DNA from: Macrostomum hystrix | Taxonomy: Eukaryota > Animalia > Platyhelminthes | Reading direction: 5' to 3' | Assembly: GCA_950097015.1 (NCBI GenBank) | Contig: CATNEN010000030.1 | Location: 744,001 to 808,000, forward strand | DNA: 64,000 nt | Part shown: one piece after another, positions 61,101 to 64,000 of the stretch | Layout of the letters: every line of letters begins with the position of its first letter | Numbering within the stretch: the stretch's first letter is position 1 | Program-made: the position numbers and the translations under genes | The notes under the pieces: generated by a model | What the model was told of the DNA's origin: nothing | Database searches by the model: none | What the model saw: only the letters and a program-made list of their open reading frames with translations

Positions 61101-62050
61101 CTAAACTTACCAGATGAGATTTCGGAGTCTCCTAAACTTACCAGATGAGATTTCGGAGTCTCTCCTAAACTTACCAGATGAGATTTCGGAGTCTCTCCTA
61201 AAATTAAGAGGTGAGATTTCGGAGTCTCTCCTAAACTTACGGGTGAGATTTCGGAGTCTCTCCTAAACTTACGGGTGAGATTTCGGAGTCTCTTCTAAAC
61301 TTACGGGTGAGATTTCGATGTCTCTCCTAAACTTACCAGATGAGATTTCGGAGTCTCTCCTAAAATTAAGAGGTAAGATTTCGGAGTCTCTCCTAAACTT
61401 ACGGGTGAGATTTCGGAGTCTCTCCTAAACTTACCAGATGAGATTTCGGAGTCTCCTAAACTTACCAGATGAGATTTCGGAGTCTCTCCTAAACTTACCA
61501 GATGAGATTTCGGAGTCTCTCCTAAAATTAAGAGGTGAGATTTCGGAGTCTCTCCTAAACTTACGGGTGAGATTTCGGAGTCTCTCCTAAACTTACGGGT
61601 GAGATTTCGGAGTCTCTTCTAAACTTACGGGTGAGATTTCGATGTCTCTCCTAAACTTACCAGATGAGATTTCGGAGTCTCTCCTAAAATTAAGAGGTGA
61701 GATTTCGGAGTCTCTCCTAAACTTACGGGTGAGATTTCGGAGTCTCTCCTAAACTTACGGGTGAGATTTCGGAGTCTCTTCTAAACTTACGGGTGAGATT
61801 TCGGAGTCTCTCCTAAACTTACCAGATGAGATTTCGGAGTCTCCTAAACTTACCAGATGAGATTTCGGAGTCTCTCCTAAAATTAAGAGGTGAGATTTCG
61901 GAGTCTCTCCTAAACATACCAGATGAGATTTCGGAGTCTCCTAAACTTACCAGATGAGATTTCGGAGTCTCTCCTAAAATTAAGAGGTGAGATTTCGGAG
62001 TCTCTCCTAAACTTAGGGGTGAGATTTCGGAGTCTCCTAAACCTACGGGT
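58105..62050. repeat. 31-33 bp satellite (GAGATTTCGGAGTCTCTCCTAAACTTACGGGT and variants) with higher-order structure
   Basis: Tandem units; rare-variant landmarks recur at 778 and 1131 bp spacing. Confidence 0.95.
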
Positions 62051-63009
62051 GATTTCTGAGTCGGTCTTTACTGAATAGTTAAGGTGTTTAAATTTCCAAA
62101 ATATTTCAAGTATTACGACACACTTTTTCTGCTAAAGCAAGTCCCCATGTTTCCAGTAATTTCGCAGTTTTCCCTTCCGCGTGATCTTTTTTTCTTCAAA
62201 GACACAGAGGTTTGATTTGCCAGTGCTATTGCCAGAACTATTTGTTTATTCCCAAGATGGTAACTAACAACACTCGAATATTGTATTTGCTTAATATTTA
62301 ATTATCAGCCAGTTGTTATTTATTTAGCATTCTGACAGCGAATGCGGTTAAATATTGTGCCCCATTCGATTGCTAGTGCAAGTTCCTATAACTATTCTAT
62401 TGTTTTTTCATTGTTGCGAATTATTCCTATATGTAATCATTTCGCTTTGTTGATCAATGTAAATAATGTTTCTGCTATATTAAATATTAAATTCCTTCAG
62501 TTGTTTTATAGCTGCTGCTGCTGCTGTTGCTGCTACTGTTTTACAAAATAATAACAGTCAATAACAAGAGAATTGAGATTATGAGCATTAGCGTGTTGTA
62601 ACAATATAATTTCTACTAGTTATAAAATACCCTGTTGTAACATGTCAAATTATCTATGTCCATTATTATTGTTATCAAAAAGCTATTGTTCTCATCCTTT
62701 CTGTCTAAAAAAACACTTAACACATCGTCCCAAAACTTGCAGGACGGTGCAGTTATTTTGAAAGGATATAATGAGTGTAAATAAACTGAATTATATGTCC
62801 ACCATAATCCGGTTTATGTCTGGTTTGTTTCATTTGGTCTCCAATCGATTCGTTAATCAACTATTGTATAGACAGAATCTGTTCTATCATACAGTCAGTG
62901 TACATATTGAACTGTCATTTGCTACGTCAGCACAGCTCTCTGGTGGCAGGCAGCTATCGGTATTTGCTTGCTAGCTAGCCTGCATGAGAGCTCCCCTTCT
63001 CTGCTCACT

Positions 63010-63610
63010 TGCTCCTCACCTGACCTCATCTGTCTCCTCACCTGACCTCACCTGACCTCATCTGTCTCCTCACCTGACCTCACCTGATCTCATCTGTCTC
63101 GTCACCTGACCTCATCTGTCTCCTCACCTGACCTCATCTGTCTCCTCACCTGACCTCATCTGTCTCCTCACCTGACCTCACCTGACCTCATCTGTCTCCT
63201 CACCTGACCTCACCTGACCTCATCTGTCTCCTCACCTGACCTCACCTGACCTCACCTGACCTCATCTGTCTCCTCACCTGACCTCACCTGATCTCATCTG
63301 TCTCCTCACCTGACCTCACCTGATCTCATCTGTCTCCTCACCTGACCTCATCTGTCTCCTCACCTGACCTCACCTGACCTCATCTGTCTCCTCACCTGAC
63401 CTCACCTGACCTCATCTGTCTCCTCACCTGACCTCACCTGACCTCACCTGACCTCATCTGTCTCCTCACCTGACCTCATCTGTCTCCTCACCTGACCTCA
63501 CCTGATCTCATCTGTCTCCTCACCTGACCTCATCTGTCTCCTCACCTGACCTCACCTGTCTCCTCACCTGACCTCACCTGTCTCCTCACCTGACCTCACC
63601 TGTCTCCTTG
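63010..63610. repeat. Compound 10/22-bp minisatellite (CACCTGACCT / CATCTGTCTCCT)
   Basis: Tandem units. Confidence 0.93.
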
Positions 63611-64000
63611 ACCGACTCTCCTTTCCTAGTCCACGTAGCTCAGATTTCTCTGCCTTTGTGGGTCCACCCCTCTTGATCATCTATCTATATAATTATTAGC
63701 TTTCTATCTAACTCTCTACCGATATTCCATTTAAAATATTACGCCGCTTTCTGTCTAAATTCTACGTTGTTTCGCTCACCCCTGGTTCCGTTAATTCCTT
63801 GGCCTTCCCCTATAACAACTCTGTATGTTGCTTGTTTGTCAGTAAATAGAAACACACATTTTGCCGCTTTTAAAAGATTGTTTAAACCATGCGATTTTAA
63901 TTCGCACTGTCTTGTCTGTGCGACTAAGAATGGAAGCCATAGTTATTAAACCTTGACTTTTATTCACTTCTTTTTACCTTGGTTGGCGAGTTTCATATTT

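Noticed and set aside
13540-62050. CRISPR-like arrays
   Set aside because: Units are head-to-tail without unique spacers, there are no cas genes, and the context is eukaryotic.

Overview
This is eukaryotic (animal) genomic DNA. GT-AG introns, GC-rich exons with poly-Q/poly-A tracts, tRNA-derived SINEs and about 25 unrelated minisatellite arrays (roughly 40% of the window by a hand tally) suggest a free-living flatworm such as Macrostomum; the organism is an inference. Genes assembled by hand from splice sites are a 2-exon ZDHHC palmitoyltransferase (-), an intronless class A peptide-type GPCR (+), a claudin/PMP22-like tetraspan gene (-, at least 3 exons), a 2-exon secreted Arg/Lys-rich protein missed by the ORF track (-), and Mediator subunit MED13 (+, 7 coding exons found, first exon not located, apparent frameshifts in the last exon). 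The strongest novelty candidate is a decayed I/Jockey-type LINE retrotransposon (about 5.9-8.96 kb). Its ORF1 carries an AlkB (ALKBH2/3-like) dioxygenase domain upstream of the RRM-like region and three CCHC zinc knuckles, followed by the start of the APE endonuclease. Most long ORFs in the track are artefacts of tandem repeats. No CRISPR array, rRNA or convincing tRNA gene was found.
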